64,000 bases of DNA from an uncultured Planctomycetota bacterium (lineage in GTDB: Bacteria > Planctomycetota > DG-23 > CAZBND01). The DNA is taken from assembly GCA_964622675.1 (NCBI GenBank), contig CAZUUK010000008.1, positions 1,369-65,368 of the forward strand, in the 5' to 3' direction. A program made the position numbers and the translations under genes. How positions within the stretch are numbered: the first letter of the stretch is position 1; every line of letters starts with the position of its first letter. Below the pieces are notes generated by a model, which saw nothing but the letters and a program-made list of their open reading frames with translations, was not told the origin of the DNA and made no database searches. Shown here one piece after another: positions 1 to 7,883 of this stretch.

Positions 1-650
1 TCCCCCGTCCGCCCGAACTTACCTACCCGCGGCCCCAGCAGCACCGTCCCCGCGAAACCCACCCAGCCTCCTGTCGCGTGGACCACGGTAGAGCCCGCGA
101 AATCCCCGAACCCGAGCCCTGCAAGCCATCCCTCCGAGCTCCAGATCCAGCGCCCGATCATCGGATACACCACCGCGCTTATCACGGCTGTGTACACGAG
201 GTACGCCGGGAATCTCATCCGCTCCGCCATCGCTCCCGCTACAATCGTCGCCGCAGCCCCGCAGAACGCCGCCTGAAAAAGCCAGAACGCGAATATCGGA
301 ACTCCCGACGGGTTATCGGCAGCGGACATCCCAAACCCCCTCAACCCAATAAGCGCGTTCCCACGCCCAAACATCAGCGCGTATCCCGCAGCGAAGAACA
401 TGACGCTTGCCACGCAGTAGTCCAGAAAATTCTTTGTCAGAATGTTGCACGCGTTCTTCGCCCTCGTGAACCCCGCCTCCACCATCCCGAACCCAGCCTG
501 CATTAAGAAAACCAGAAAAGCCGCCAGCAGCACCCAAAGAGTGTCAAGCCCGCGAACAATCGAGGCAGCACCAGGCTCGGCCGCAGAAGCCTCCGTGCCG
601 ACGACGCAAGCATATGCTAACACCAAGACGACCGCTTGCCTTCGTCTCAC
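1..650 (-). CDS. amt: Ammonium transporter (Amt/MEP family), N-terminal part only; the gene runs off the left edge
   Basis: Absent from the ORF track because it is open-ended. My minus-strand translation from GTG (648-650) reads VRRRQAVVLVLAYACVVG...LDTLWVLLAAFLVFLMQAGFGMVEAGFTRAKNACNILTKNF...AGYALMFG...FWLFQAAFCGAAATIVAGAMAERMRF...GDFAGSTVVHATGGW, which are typical Amt motifs. AAGGAG lies 7 nt upstream of the GTG. Confidence 0.9.
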   Translation of the reverse strand, partial: MRRRQAVVLVLAYACVVGTEASAAEPGAASIVRGLDTLWVLLAAFLVFLMQAGFGMVEAGFTRAKNACNILTKNFLDYCVASVMFFAAGYALMFGRGNALIGLRGFGMSAADNPSGVPIFAFWLFQAAFCGAAATIVAGAMAERMRFPAYLVYTAVISAVVYPMIGRWIWSSEGWLAGLGFGDFAGSTVVHATGGWVGFAGTVLLGPRVGKFGRTG

Positions 651-751
651 AAGCCTACTCCTTCGCAGAATCGCTGGACATCCTCGGTCCGCGGTGGCCC
701 GCTTCCGCATTCTTCGCCGCAAGCTCCAGCGCCCTTCGCACACCGCATAGG

Positions 752-766
752 GCAACAATCGTGCCA
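752..766 (-). promoter_or_regulatory. Sigma-54 (-24/-12) promoter upstream of amt
   Basis: The minus strand reads TGGCACGATTGTTGC, a full match to TGGCACG-N4-TTGC. It lies about 100 nt upstream of the amt GTG. Confidence 0.7.
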
Positions 767-868
767 CACCCCCTAACAGATCACGCCATGCGCCGTATCC
801 ACTTGATGAGTAAGCACTTACAAAACGGCGGGCATGTGGGGGAACGCGCAGTTCAGTCTCTGCAAATG

Positions 869-913
869 CCCTACGCAATGGTAGGATTTAGAGCCGAGCT
901 ACGCGAATGTAGG
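869..913. promoter_or_regulatory. Two related dyad-symmetric sites, a candidate enhancer (UAS) for the sigma-54 activator
   Basis: CCTACGCAATGGTAGG (869-884) and GCTACGCGAATGTAGG (898-913) both have CTAC-N6-GTAG arms. Their centres are 29 nt apart, 105-150 nt upstream of the -24/-12 element. Confidence 0.4.
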
Positions 914-966
914 AGATTCGTCAGCCCACCTCGAAGCCAGATCAAAACCGCCCTACCGCCCCTGCT

Positions 967-1308
967 TCAGACCTGCGCCGCCTGGCGAGCGCACTGGAAC
1001 CCTCTCCCAAGATCGCACAGTACGCACGTATCCGGAATGTTCTCCGCCATCGAAACCTGGTCCGCGCATTGTGCGCAGAGATATTCCTCCCCCTTCTTCA
1101 TCGGCCCCGGGCAGGGTGTGATGGTCATCGGACATATGTCTATGCACGTGTTGCACTGCTTGCAGAAGTCAGGCTTCACCCCGAACGGGAATTCAACACG
1201 ACGATTCTTGCCGCGCCCAACAAATCCTATTGCCCGCGCCTGCCACACTTCCTCACACACCCGCACGCACCGCCTCCTCCGAAATGTACCCCTCCTCTTC
1301 CTGAACAT
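967..1308 (-). CDS. Small Cys-rich protein with a 4Fe-4S ferredoxin-type motif; possibly the 3' part of a frameshifted gene
   Basis: Contains CKQCNTCIDICP (CxxCxxCxxxCP) plus CAQC and CVLC pairs. There is no convincing RBS at its ATG. A 39-codon ORF in another frame (1253-1372) overlaps its 5' end. Confidence 0.45.
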   Translation of the reverse strand: MFRKRRGTFRRRRCVRVCEEVWQARAIGFVGRGKNRRVEFPFGVKPDFCKQCNTCIDICPMTITPCPGPMKKGEEYLCAQCADQVSMAENIPDTCVLCDLGRGFQCARQAAQV

Positions 1309-1600
1309 CCTGAAGCACTTCTACCAACTCATGTCCCTCGCCCTTCCGGGCTTCCAGAATTCCTCCCAGCATGTCGGCTCTCGTCCCTCCTTCTCATAAT
1401 CTTGTGCGAAAACTAGGTCCCGAACGTCATGCACTCCGCCGGCTGATTGGCAAGTGCTGCATCCCTAACTCAACGCTGTAAGGTCACTGCGCAAGGCAGA
1501 ACCCGCTTCCACACACCGCTGCAGCCCGATCTTTGGAAGAGGACGTGAAAACTACTAGGCCCACAGCCCCCGACTGGCCGCCCAGCGCCTTTCCCCTGAG

Positions 1601-1628
1601 TTGACAAATGAGGTAACAAACGTAAAAT
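1601..1628 (+). promoter_or_regulatory. Near-consensus sigma-70 promoter facing gdh
   Basis: TTGACA (1601-1606), a 16-nt spacer, then TAAAAT (1623-1628). This is an AT-rich island in a GC-rich intergenic region. Confidence 0.5.
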
Positions 1629-1646
1629 TAGTACCTTGAGGCACAC

Positions 1647-1667
1647 AAAGGGGGCGACTCCCCCTTT
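1647..1667 (+). other. Perfect 8-bp hairpin at the predicted 5' end of the gdh leader
   Basis: AAAGGGGG-cgact-CCCCCTTT, starting about 12-15 nt after the predicted transcription start. There is no U-tract on the plus strand. Confidence 0.4.
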
Positions 1668-1976
1668 CGCGCGCACCTGGAAATGAGCGCTCGCCATGGA
1701 AAACGCAAAACCGATCGGAACCCTCTTTAGGATAAGGACTCCGGTCCGACGCCTCGCGCTTCCCCGGCACAGAAGGAATCGCCCCGTCTCCCTCGCGAAA
1801 TACACGCCGCTTCTCTATTGTCGCATTCCCTCTTCCTGCACCTCCGCGGCCATCATCGGGCCCCATCATCTGGGGCACGCGCTGCTTAGCCGGCTAACCG
1901 CGGACCAGGTGCTTCAGAATGAAAATCATTTCTATTGCTCGGGCACATGGAACTCCCGCGAAAGGAGTCAGCAACA

Positions 1977-3224
1977 ATGGCCAAGCTAAACCCCTTTGCG
2001 AATGCGCAAAAACAGGTCGATAGATGCGCAGAAATCCTGAATCTCGACCCCGGTGTCTGCTCCATGATTCGAGTTCCCATGCGCGAACTCCACCTATCGC
2101 TGCCCGTCCGCATGGATGACGGCTCTACCCGAGTATTCCAGGCCTTCAGGGTCCAATACAACGACGCGAGAGGCCCTTCCAAAGGCGGAATCAGGTTCCA
2201 CCCAGACGAGACAATCGACACCGTCCGGGCGCTTGCCGCCTGGATGACGTGGAAATGCGCTCTCCTCGACCTCCCTCTCGGTGGGGCCAAAGGCGGGGTC
2301 ATATGCAACCCGAAAGAAATGTCCGAGGCGGAGCTCGAGCGACTCAGCCGTGCGTACGTACAAGGCGTATATGCCTTCATTGGCCCCGAGAAAGACATCC
2401 CCGCCCCCGACGTGTACACAAATCCGCAGATAATGGCCTGGATGATGGACGAATACTCGAAAATGGCGTGTAAGAACCAGTTCGGCGTCATCACCGGAAA
2501 GCCGCCCTGCATCGGCGGGTGTCTCGGACGTGACGACGCCACCGCTCGCGGCGGCATGTACGTCATTCGCGAGGCCGCAAAACAATGCAGCCTAGATCTC
2601 AGCAGCGCCACCGTCGCCATCCAGGGGTACGGCAACGCCGGTTCCTGCGCGGGAGCCCTTGCACAATCGCTCTTCGGTTCAAAAATAGTCGCCGTCAGCG
2701 ACAGCAAAGGCGCCGTCTTCAGCTCGCGAGGGATAGACCCCGTCGCCGCCTCCCAGCACAAAGCCCGCACCCGCTCTGTCACCGGACTCCCCGGCACCGA
2801 AAGCATCTCCAACGAGGAGCTACTTGAACTGGACGTCGACATACTCGTACCGGCGGCTTTGGAAAATGTCATCACCGAGAAAAACGCCCCCAACGTCAAG
2901 GCCAGGATTCTCGCCGAATTAGCCAACGGCCCTACCACTCCACAAGCTGACGAGATTCTCTCCGAAAACGGCATCCACATCCTGCCGGACTTCCTGTGCA
3001 ACGCCGGCGGCGTCACCGTCTCCTACTTCGAGATGGTCCAGAACTCCTCCATGTACTACTGGGAACGAGAAGAGGTCGAGCAGCGTCTTGACAAGAAGAT
3101 GACTCGTGCATATCACTCTGTCCTGTCAGCCTCGAAGCAATATGGCATAAACATGCGTGAAGCTGCCTACGTCGTCGCCGTCAGCCGCGTCGTCGAAGCC
3201 ATGAGGCTTCGCGGATGGGTCTAG
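1977..3224 (+). CDS. gdh: Glutamate dehydrogenase (Glu/Leu/Phe/Val dehydrogenase family)
   Basis: PLGGAKGGV catalytic-Lys motif and IQGYGNAGS dinucleotide fold. GAAAGGAG RBS precedes the ATG at 1977, so the track start at 1935 is probably too early. Confidence 0.93.
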   Translation: MAKLNPFANAQKQVDRCAEILNLDPGVCSMIRVPMRELHLSLPVRMDDGSTRVFQAFRVQYNDARGPSKGGIRFHPDETIDTVRALAAWMTWKCALLDLPLGGAKGGVICNPKEMSEAELERLSRAYVQGVYAFIGPEKDIPAPDVYTNPQIMAWMMDEYSKMACKNQFGVITGKPPCIGGCLGRDDATARGGMYVIREAAKQCSLDLSSATVAIQGYGNAGSCAGALAQSLFGSKIVAVSDSKGAVFSSRGIDPVAASQHKARTRSVTGLPGTESISNEELLELDVDILVPAALENVITEKNAPNVKARILAELANGPTTPQADEILSENGIHILPDFLCNAGGVTVSYFEMVQNSSMYYWEREEVEQRLDKKMTRAYHSVLSASKQYGINMREAAYVVAVSRVVEAMRLRGWV

Positions 3225-3326
3225 CTTGCGCCCGACCCCTCGCCTCCGCTCAACCTGTGCCGGCAACCACGCCCCTCTCTTCCAAGCGCGAATGTTCCCT
3301 ATTGGCCGTGGAAGATTAGACCGGCT

Positions 3327-4979
3327 TCACGTACGTACGTATCTCGACGCTTTTACCTCTCTTCGCCTCCCTTCCGGCGAGCCGTTGCTTATGATCCTCT
3401 CCGCTTCCTCCCGGTAAGCATCCATCACGTACGGAATCCCCGAAACCCTCGCAGCCTCCTCCGTCAGTGCCATCACATCGCTGCGCCCGATTGTCGAAAC
3501 TCGGAAGTTCCTGCTCCCCGCCATGATCTGCTGCAGCCCCACCCTAAGCTTGTCCGCGAACGTATAAACCCCTATCGCACCCAGCGGCATCTCCTTTACA
3601 CGCTCTCTCCCGTACTTGCTCACCAGGGTCTCGTATGTGACGAATATCTCCTCTACGCTCCTGCCGAACTGCGACACCGTCTTCGGCAGCGCCTTCTCTC
3701 CCTCTTCCAGCCAGACGCCTATATTCTTCCCAACCATCCCAGGGATCATCAGCGCCCTGCCCATGCAGACCGCCTTGAAGTAAGGCGCCCCCATGGCAAG
3801 CACCTTGAATACGTGATCCTCCGTTGACAAGCCTCCACCCATAGCCAAATCCGGCACGTACGCACCCCTGGCAGCCAGCTTCTCGCACAGCTCGTACGCC
3901 ATTGACTGCAGATAGAAAGTCGGCACGCCCCACTCCATCATCATCCGCCACGGGCTCATCCCCGTCCCGCCTGGAGCACCGTCGATCGTAACCAGGTCAA
4001 CCCTGGCATCCGAGGACCACTTAAGTGCCATCGCCAGCTCCCGCATCGGATAGGCGCCCGTCTTCAGCGTCACGCGCTCCGCCCCCAGCCCCCTCAGTCG
4101 CTCCACCTCCCGCGCGAAGCCTTCCTCATCTATAAAACCCAGCCGCGAATGTCGCTCGAACTGCTTCATCGCTCCGTCCTTAAACGCAGCCTGGATCGCC
4201 TCGTTGGACGGGTCCGGCGTGATGAGATAACCGCGCCTCTGAAGCTCAAGCGCCCGCTCGAGTGAATCAATCTTTATCTCACCCCCGATGCACTTCGCCC
4301 CTTGCCCCCACTTCAGCTCCACCGTCTTCACCCCCAGCTTCCCAACTGCATATTCCGCCACCCCGAACTTCGTATCCTCCACATTCATCTGCACTATCAG
4401 GTCGCCGTACCCCTCGTGCCATTTCCGATACACCTCCACGCGCCGGCGCAGCTCAGGCGACTCAATAATCTTCCCGTTACCGTCCAGCTCCAGCCCCGGA
4501 TCGATCCCGCACACGTTCTCGCCGCACACGAGTGTTATCCCCGAAATGGCAGCGCCCGCAGCGAAGTGCTCCCAGTTCCTCCTCGCTATATCTGTCGACC
4601 CCAGCGCGCCCGTGAATACAGGAACGCGTAACTTCACCTTGTTCCTGTCACCATATTCCGTCTCCGTGTCAACCATGGGAAACAGCGTATTGTCCGGCGT
4701 ACCATCTTCACCATCCGGAAGTCCCTCCGCACCCAGCGCGTAGCCCTGGATGTTCAGATGAGAATAATCCACCGGATAGTCCTTATCCGCCCCGGCGGTG
4801 ATCGTCCCGAACGGCCCCGGGTAAAGCACCTCTCTCCCTCGGTACGTCGCCTTGAAAATCTCGCAGTTGCCCCTGCACCCGTCTATGCACCGCGTGCAAA
4901 TCCCCGAGGCAGGAGCCACGTCCCTCGAGCGATTAGATGTCTGAGTGGCTTCGTTCGCGTTCGGTCTGCGCAAGCTCAT
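3327..4979 (-). CDS. FMN-binding glutamate synthase family protein (GltB FMN-domain type) with an N-terminal Cys cluster
   Basis: DGAPGGTGMSPW motif, a TIM-barrel-like body and N-terminal CTRCIDGCRGNCEIF. AAGGAG lies 7 nt before the ATG at 4979, so the 33-codon upstream extension in the track is unlikely to be real. Confidence 0.88.
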   Translation of the reverse strand: MSLRRPNANEATQTSNRSRDVAPASGICTRCIDGCRGNCEIFKATYRGREVLYPGPFGTITAGADKDYPVDYSHLNIQGYALGAEGLPDGEDGTPDNTLFPMVDTETEYGDRNKVKLRVPVFTGALGSTDIARRNWEHFAAGAAISGITLVCGENVCGIDPGLELDGNGKIIESPELRRRVEVYRKWHEGYGDLIVQMNVEDTKFGVAEYAVGKLGVKTVELKWGQGAKCIGGEIKIDSLERALELQRRGYLITPDPSNEAIQAAFKDGAMKQFERHSRLGFIDEEGFAREVERLRGLGAERVTLKTGAYPMRELAMALKWSSDARVDLVTIDGAPGGTGMSPWRMMMEWGVPTFYLQSMAYELCEKLAARGAYVPDLAMGGGLSTEDHVFKVLAMGAPYFKAVCMGRALMIPGMVGKNIGVWLEEGEKALPKTVSQFGRSVEEIFVTYETLVSKYGRERVKEMPLGAIGVYTFADKLRVGLQQIMAGSRNFRVSTIGRSDVMALTEEAARVSGIPYVMDAYREEAERIISNGSPEGRRREVKASRYVRT

Positions 4980-5122
4980 TCGTCCTCTCCTTCCTGAACA
5001 AACCTCCTCCGCTCTCCGTCTGCCCGTAACTCTCGAAGCGTCCCAGCCGTTGCACCCACGGACTCCGCCCCTCCGCAACCCACTACGCAGAGCCGCCGGG
5101 TCGCCTTCAAGAGAACCATGTG

Positions 5123-5138
5123 AGCAACATTCGTGCCG
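5123..5138 (-). promoter_or_regulatory. Sigma-54 (-24/-12) promoter upstream of the glutamate-synthase-family gene
   Basis: The minus strand reads CGGCACGAATGTTGCT, which has GG and GC at canonical spacing and one mismatch to TGGCACG-N4-TTGC. It lies about 145 nt upstream of the ATG at 4979. Confidence 0.55.
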
Positions 5139-5304
5139 TCCCAGCTACCCTCTCTTAAGTCACCTTGAGATAAAGGCTTGCGCTTGATGAGCCTAGACCC
5201 CGACCGCCAGGAACCCACGCCCGTGTCGGAATTTCAGCCCCAGGATACAAATAGGTAGGTCCGCCCCTTAACCCCTCCTCACCCTCACTCCCCCCGCGCC
5301 CCGC

Positions 5305-6861
5305 TCACTTCCCAGCCCGGAACCGCTTCGCGTCAATCCCGTACTCCCTCACCCGAAGGCCCATCACCCTCTCAGTAATCCCCAGCGCCCTCGCCGCCTT
5401 TGCCCTATTCCCTCCCGATTCCTTCAGCGCCTCGACGACTGCCTCTCGCTCCACGCTCTCCACAGTGGCCTTCAGAGTCCCCCGCCGAGCTTTCGTCCCC
5501 GCATCCAACCCCTGCAGCGTCGGCGGAAGATGATGCGCGTGAATCACATCATCGCTGCTGAGAATAACCGCTCGCTCAATGCAGTTCTCCAGCTCCCTCA
5601 CGTTCCCCGGCCAGTGATAGCTCATGAGAAGGTCCAGCGCGTGCGTGGATATCCCCCGAATCGCCTTCTCGTTCGCCTTGCTGTACCGCTCCACCAGGAA
5701 GTTCGCGAGCAGCGGAATATCCGTCCTTCGCTCGCGCAGCGCCGGAATCTGAATCGTAAACACGTTTAGCCGGTAGTAAAGATCCTGTCTGAACCTCCCC
5801 TTCCTGATCAACTCCTCCAGATTCTGGTTCGTCGCCGCGAGCACCCGCACGTCCGTCTTTATCGTCTCCGTTCCGCCGACCCGCTCGAACTCCCTTTCCT
5901 GCAGCACTCGAAGCAACTTAACCTGCGTCGCCGCCGAAAGGTCACCGACCTCGTCGAGGAAAATCGTCCCTCCCGAAGCCAGTTCAAACCGCCCCTTCCG
6001 CCTCGCGATCGCCCCCGTGAAAGCCCCCTTTTCGTGACCGAAGAGCTCACTCTCGATCACCGTCTCAGGCAGTGCCGCGCAGCTCACCCTTATAAAGGGC
6101 TTCCCCGCCCTCAGACTGTTGTAATGGATCGCATGAGCAACCAGCTCCTTCCCCGTCCCGCTCTCACCCTGGATCAGCACCGTCGCATTGCTCTTCGACA
6201 CCCGCGCAATAAGATCGTAAACCGCCTCCATCGCCCTCGATTCGCCGATAATATTCGACGGCCGGAACCGCCCCTTCAGCTCTTCCTGCAGCCGGACGTT
6301 CTCTTCCACCAGCCGCTGCCGCTCCTCCTCCGCCGCCTGCCGCAGTCCAACCGCCTGCGAGATCATCGAAGCGATAATTGAAAGTAACCGCACGTCCTCT
6401 TTCAGCGACACCGACTCCGCGAAAAGACGGTCCGCGCTCAGCGTCCCGATCACCTCCTTGCCCAGCCTGATCGGCGCGCAGATGAACGAAATGTCCTTCT
6501 TGCTCAGACCCTTTCGCGCCCCGGTGCGGTCCAGAAAAAGCGGCTCCTCCGAAATCCTCGGCACCGCCGCCGCCTTCCCCGTCTCCACCACCCTCCCCGT
6601 CACCCCCTCCCCGACCCTGTACCTCCCCAGCTCCCGTTGTTTCTCCGAAAGCCCGTACGCCGCCTCTATGAATATCTCTCCCGTCTGCCGGTTCAGAAGC
6701 GTCAGCGTCCCCCGCACCATCCCCATATTCTTCGCCATCGCCCTCAGCACCGGCTCCGCCACGTCCCGCAGATCCAGGCTCCGCTCCAGCGCCTGGCTGA
6801 TCTCAAAAAGCAGCGAAAGCTCCTGGATCTCCCGCTTCACCTCCGCCGCATTCCTCGGCAT
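5305..6861 (-). CDS. Sigma-54-dependent transcriptional activator with GAF, AAA+ and Fis-type HTH domains (NifA-like architecture)
   Basis: N-terminal GAF-like region, GESGTGKE Walker A, ELFGHEKGAFTGA (GAFTGA loop) and C-terminal GGNRAKAARALGITERVM HTH. The start could be the ATG at 6861 or the GTG at 6870. Confidence 0.92.
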   Translation of the reverse strand: MPRNAAEVKREIQELSLLFEISQALERSLDLRDVAEPVLRAMAKNMGMVRGTLTLLNRQTGEIFIEAAYGLSEKQRELGRYRVGEGVTGRVVETGKAAAVPRISEEPLFLDRTGARKGLSKKDISFICAPIRLGKEVIGTLSADRLFAESVSLKEDVRLLSIIASMISQAVGLRQAAEEERQRLVEENVRLQEELKGRFRPSNIIGESRAMEAVYDLIARVSKSNATVLIQGESGTGKELVAHAIHYNSLRAGKPFIRVSCAALPETVIESELFGHEKGAFTGAIARRKGRFELASGGTIFLDEVGDLSAATQVKLLRVLQEREFERVGGTETIKTDVRVLAATNQNLEELIRKGRFRQDLYYRLNVFTIQIPALRERRTDIPLLANFLVERYSKANEKAIRGISTHALDLLMSYHWPGNVRELENCIERAVILSSDDVIHAHHLPPTLQGLDAGTKARRGTLKATVESVEREAVVEALKESGGNRAKAARALGITERVMGLRVREYGIDAKRFRAGK

Positions 6862-6964
6862 ATCCACCACCCCCTAAACCACGCGTCGTATCCCCCGACC
6901 TCTCATCATCCTACCAATTCGTAGGAAAAAATGGAAGCCCCCAACACCACCCCTGAAACCTGCG

Positions 6965-7246
6965 CTATTCGCACAGCACTCTATGGATTAGTCGGCGCGC
7001 CTCGCCTTCTTCGAGTTCAGAAAGCTCCGTTCTTATCGCCTCGGCCACAGCGCCCCTCTCCTCCGGCGTCAGGGCCGACCTGTCGAATCCCGTTTTCTCC
7101 GCCTTCGATACGTACCACGAGCATTTCCCGCCGCACACATATTTGTGCAGGACCTTCCTGGCAGTGCCCTTCTCGACGTTCATCTTCTCCCCCACAATCC
7201 CGATTATCTTCTGCACGACCTCAGCTTCCTGCTCATCATCTGCCAT
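6965..7246 (-). CDS. Hypothetical 93-aa protein (MADDEQEAEVVQKIIG...VCGGKCSWY...)
   Basis: GGAGG lies 6 nt upstream of the ATG at 7246. The sense strand is purine-rich like its neighbours. It sits between the RAM-domain gene and the sigma-54 activator on the same strand. Confidence 0.55.
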   Translation of the reverse strand: MADDEQEAEVVQKIIGIVGEKMNVEKGTARKVLHKYVCGGKCSWYVSKAEKTGFDRSALTPEERGAVAEAIRTELSELEEGEARRLIHRVLCE

Positions 7247-7339
7247 ACGGAACCTCCGCTCGCATTCACCGATCTCAAGCCGCTTCCTCGAAACCCCGGC
7301 AGTGCACCCGGTCCTCAAGACCCTATGCTCCCGGAGCCA

Positions 7340-7615
7340 CTACATCCCCAGGCTGAACATCCTTTCCAGGTCGTACCGGCTGTACTGCCGGAAAGCGATC
7401 AACGTCGTCGTCTTCGTAATCCCCTTCACCCCGATCATATCCTCCGTCATCAGCTTCGCCAGCTCCTCGTTCTCCCGAACCCGCGCCACCGCCACCAGAT
7501 CCCACTCTCCTGCCACGCTGTACACCTCCGCTACCCCGTCCAGATTCAGAACCTCCTGCGCCGCGCCCGCTATTCTATCTCGCTCAGCATTGATCAACAC
7601 AAAAGCCGTCACCAT
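7340..7615 (-). CDS. Stand-alone Lrp/AsnC-type ligand-binding (RAM) domain protein with no HTH
   Basis: A 91-aa protein, MVTAFVLINAERDRIAGAAQEVLNLDGVAEVYSVAGEWDLVAVARV..., with the typical AsnC/Lrp C-terminal domain pattern. It has a strong GGAGGAGGGAG RBS. Confidence 0.8.
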   Translation of the reverse strand: MVTAFVLINAERDRIAGAAQEVLNLDGVAEVYSVAGEWDLVAVARVRENEELAKLMTEDMIGVKGITKTTTLIAFRQYSRYDLERMFSLGM

Positions 7616-7698
7616 CGCTCCCTCCTCCGTTTCTCAGAAGCCTCTCCGCAGCTCTCGGCCTGGACCGCCGCACGCCGCGGCTCACCTCACATCCCTGA

Positions 7699-7726
7699 AA
7701 TCTACCCCACCCCGCCCCCTTGTCAA
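7699..7726 (-). promoter_or_regulatory. Candidate sigma-70 promoter for the RAM / small ORF / activator operon
   Basis: The minus strand has TTGACA (7726-7721), a 16-nt spacer and TAGATT (7704-7699), about 85 nt upstream of the ATG at 7615. Confidence 0.35.
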
Positions 7727-7817
7727 GCACGTTTCTATCCGATTTGCCCACGATGAAGCTGCCCCGCTCCACCTGACCGCTGAGCCGCTTGCAGCGTCCC
7801 CACACCTCAATTACACG

Positions 7818-7847
7818 TGGAAAACTCCGCTTTTCCTGCGATACAAT
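7818..7847 (+). promoter_or_regulatory. Candidate sigma-70 promoter for the isomerase / radical SAM pair
   Basis: TGGAAA, an 18-nt spacer and TACAAT (7842-7847), about 37 nt upstream of the TTG start at 7884. Confidence 0.3.
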
Positions 7848-7883
7848 GCCATATCAGACCGACGGAAGAAAGGAGATCATCAA

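Noticed and set aside
78-750. Plus-strand ORFs 78-506, 442-750 and minus-strand ORF 313-537
   Set aside because: They overlap the clearly recognisable Amt coding frame on the minus strand. Their translations are Pro/Arg/His-rich with no motifs.
1447-1462. TTGGCAAGTGCTGCAT, a sigma-54-like sequence upstream of gdh
   Set aside because: GG and GC are separated by 8 nt, not the obligatory 10, so it is not a functional -24/-12 geometry.
1640-1976. Glutamine (glnA RNA) or guanidine-I (ykkC) riboswitch in the gdh leader
   Set aside because: Only short fragments such as GGUCCGA and UAGG match. The conserved cores as I remember them (GGACGGAAGUAGG...AAGGAACG; CUAGGGUUCCG...GGUCCGAGAG...ACACGG) are absent. 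A covariance-model scan is needed for a definitive answer.
7143-7883. N-terminal 247 codons of the 519-aa plus-strand ORF (and the parallel ORF 7145-7756)
   Set aside because: This stretch is antisense to the RAM-domain gene and the small ORF, and it is low-complexity Ser/Pro-rich. The isomerase-like sequence only begins at the TTG at 7884, which has its own RBS.
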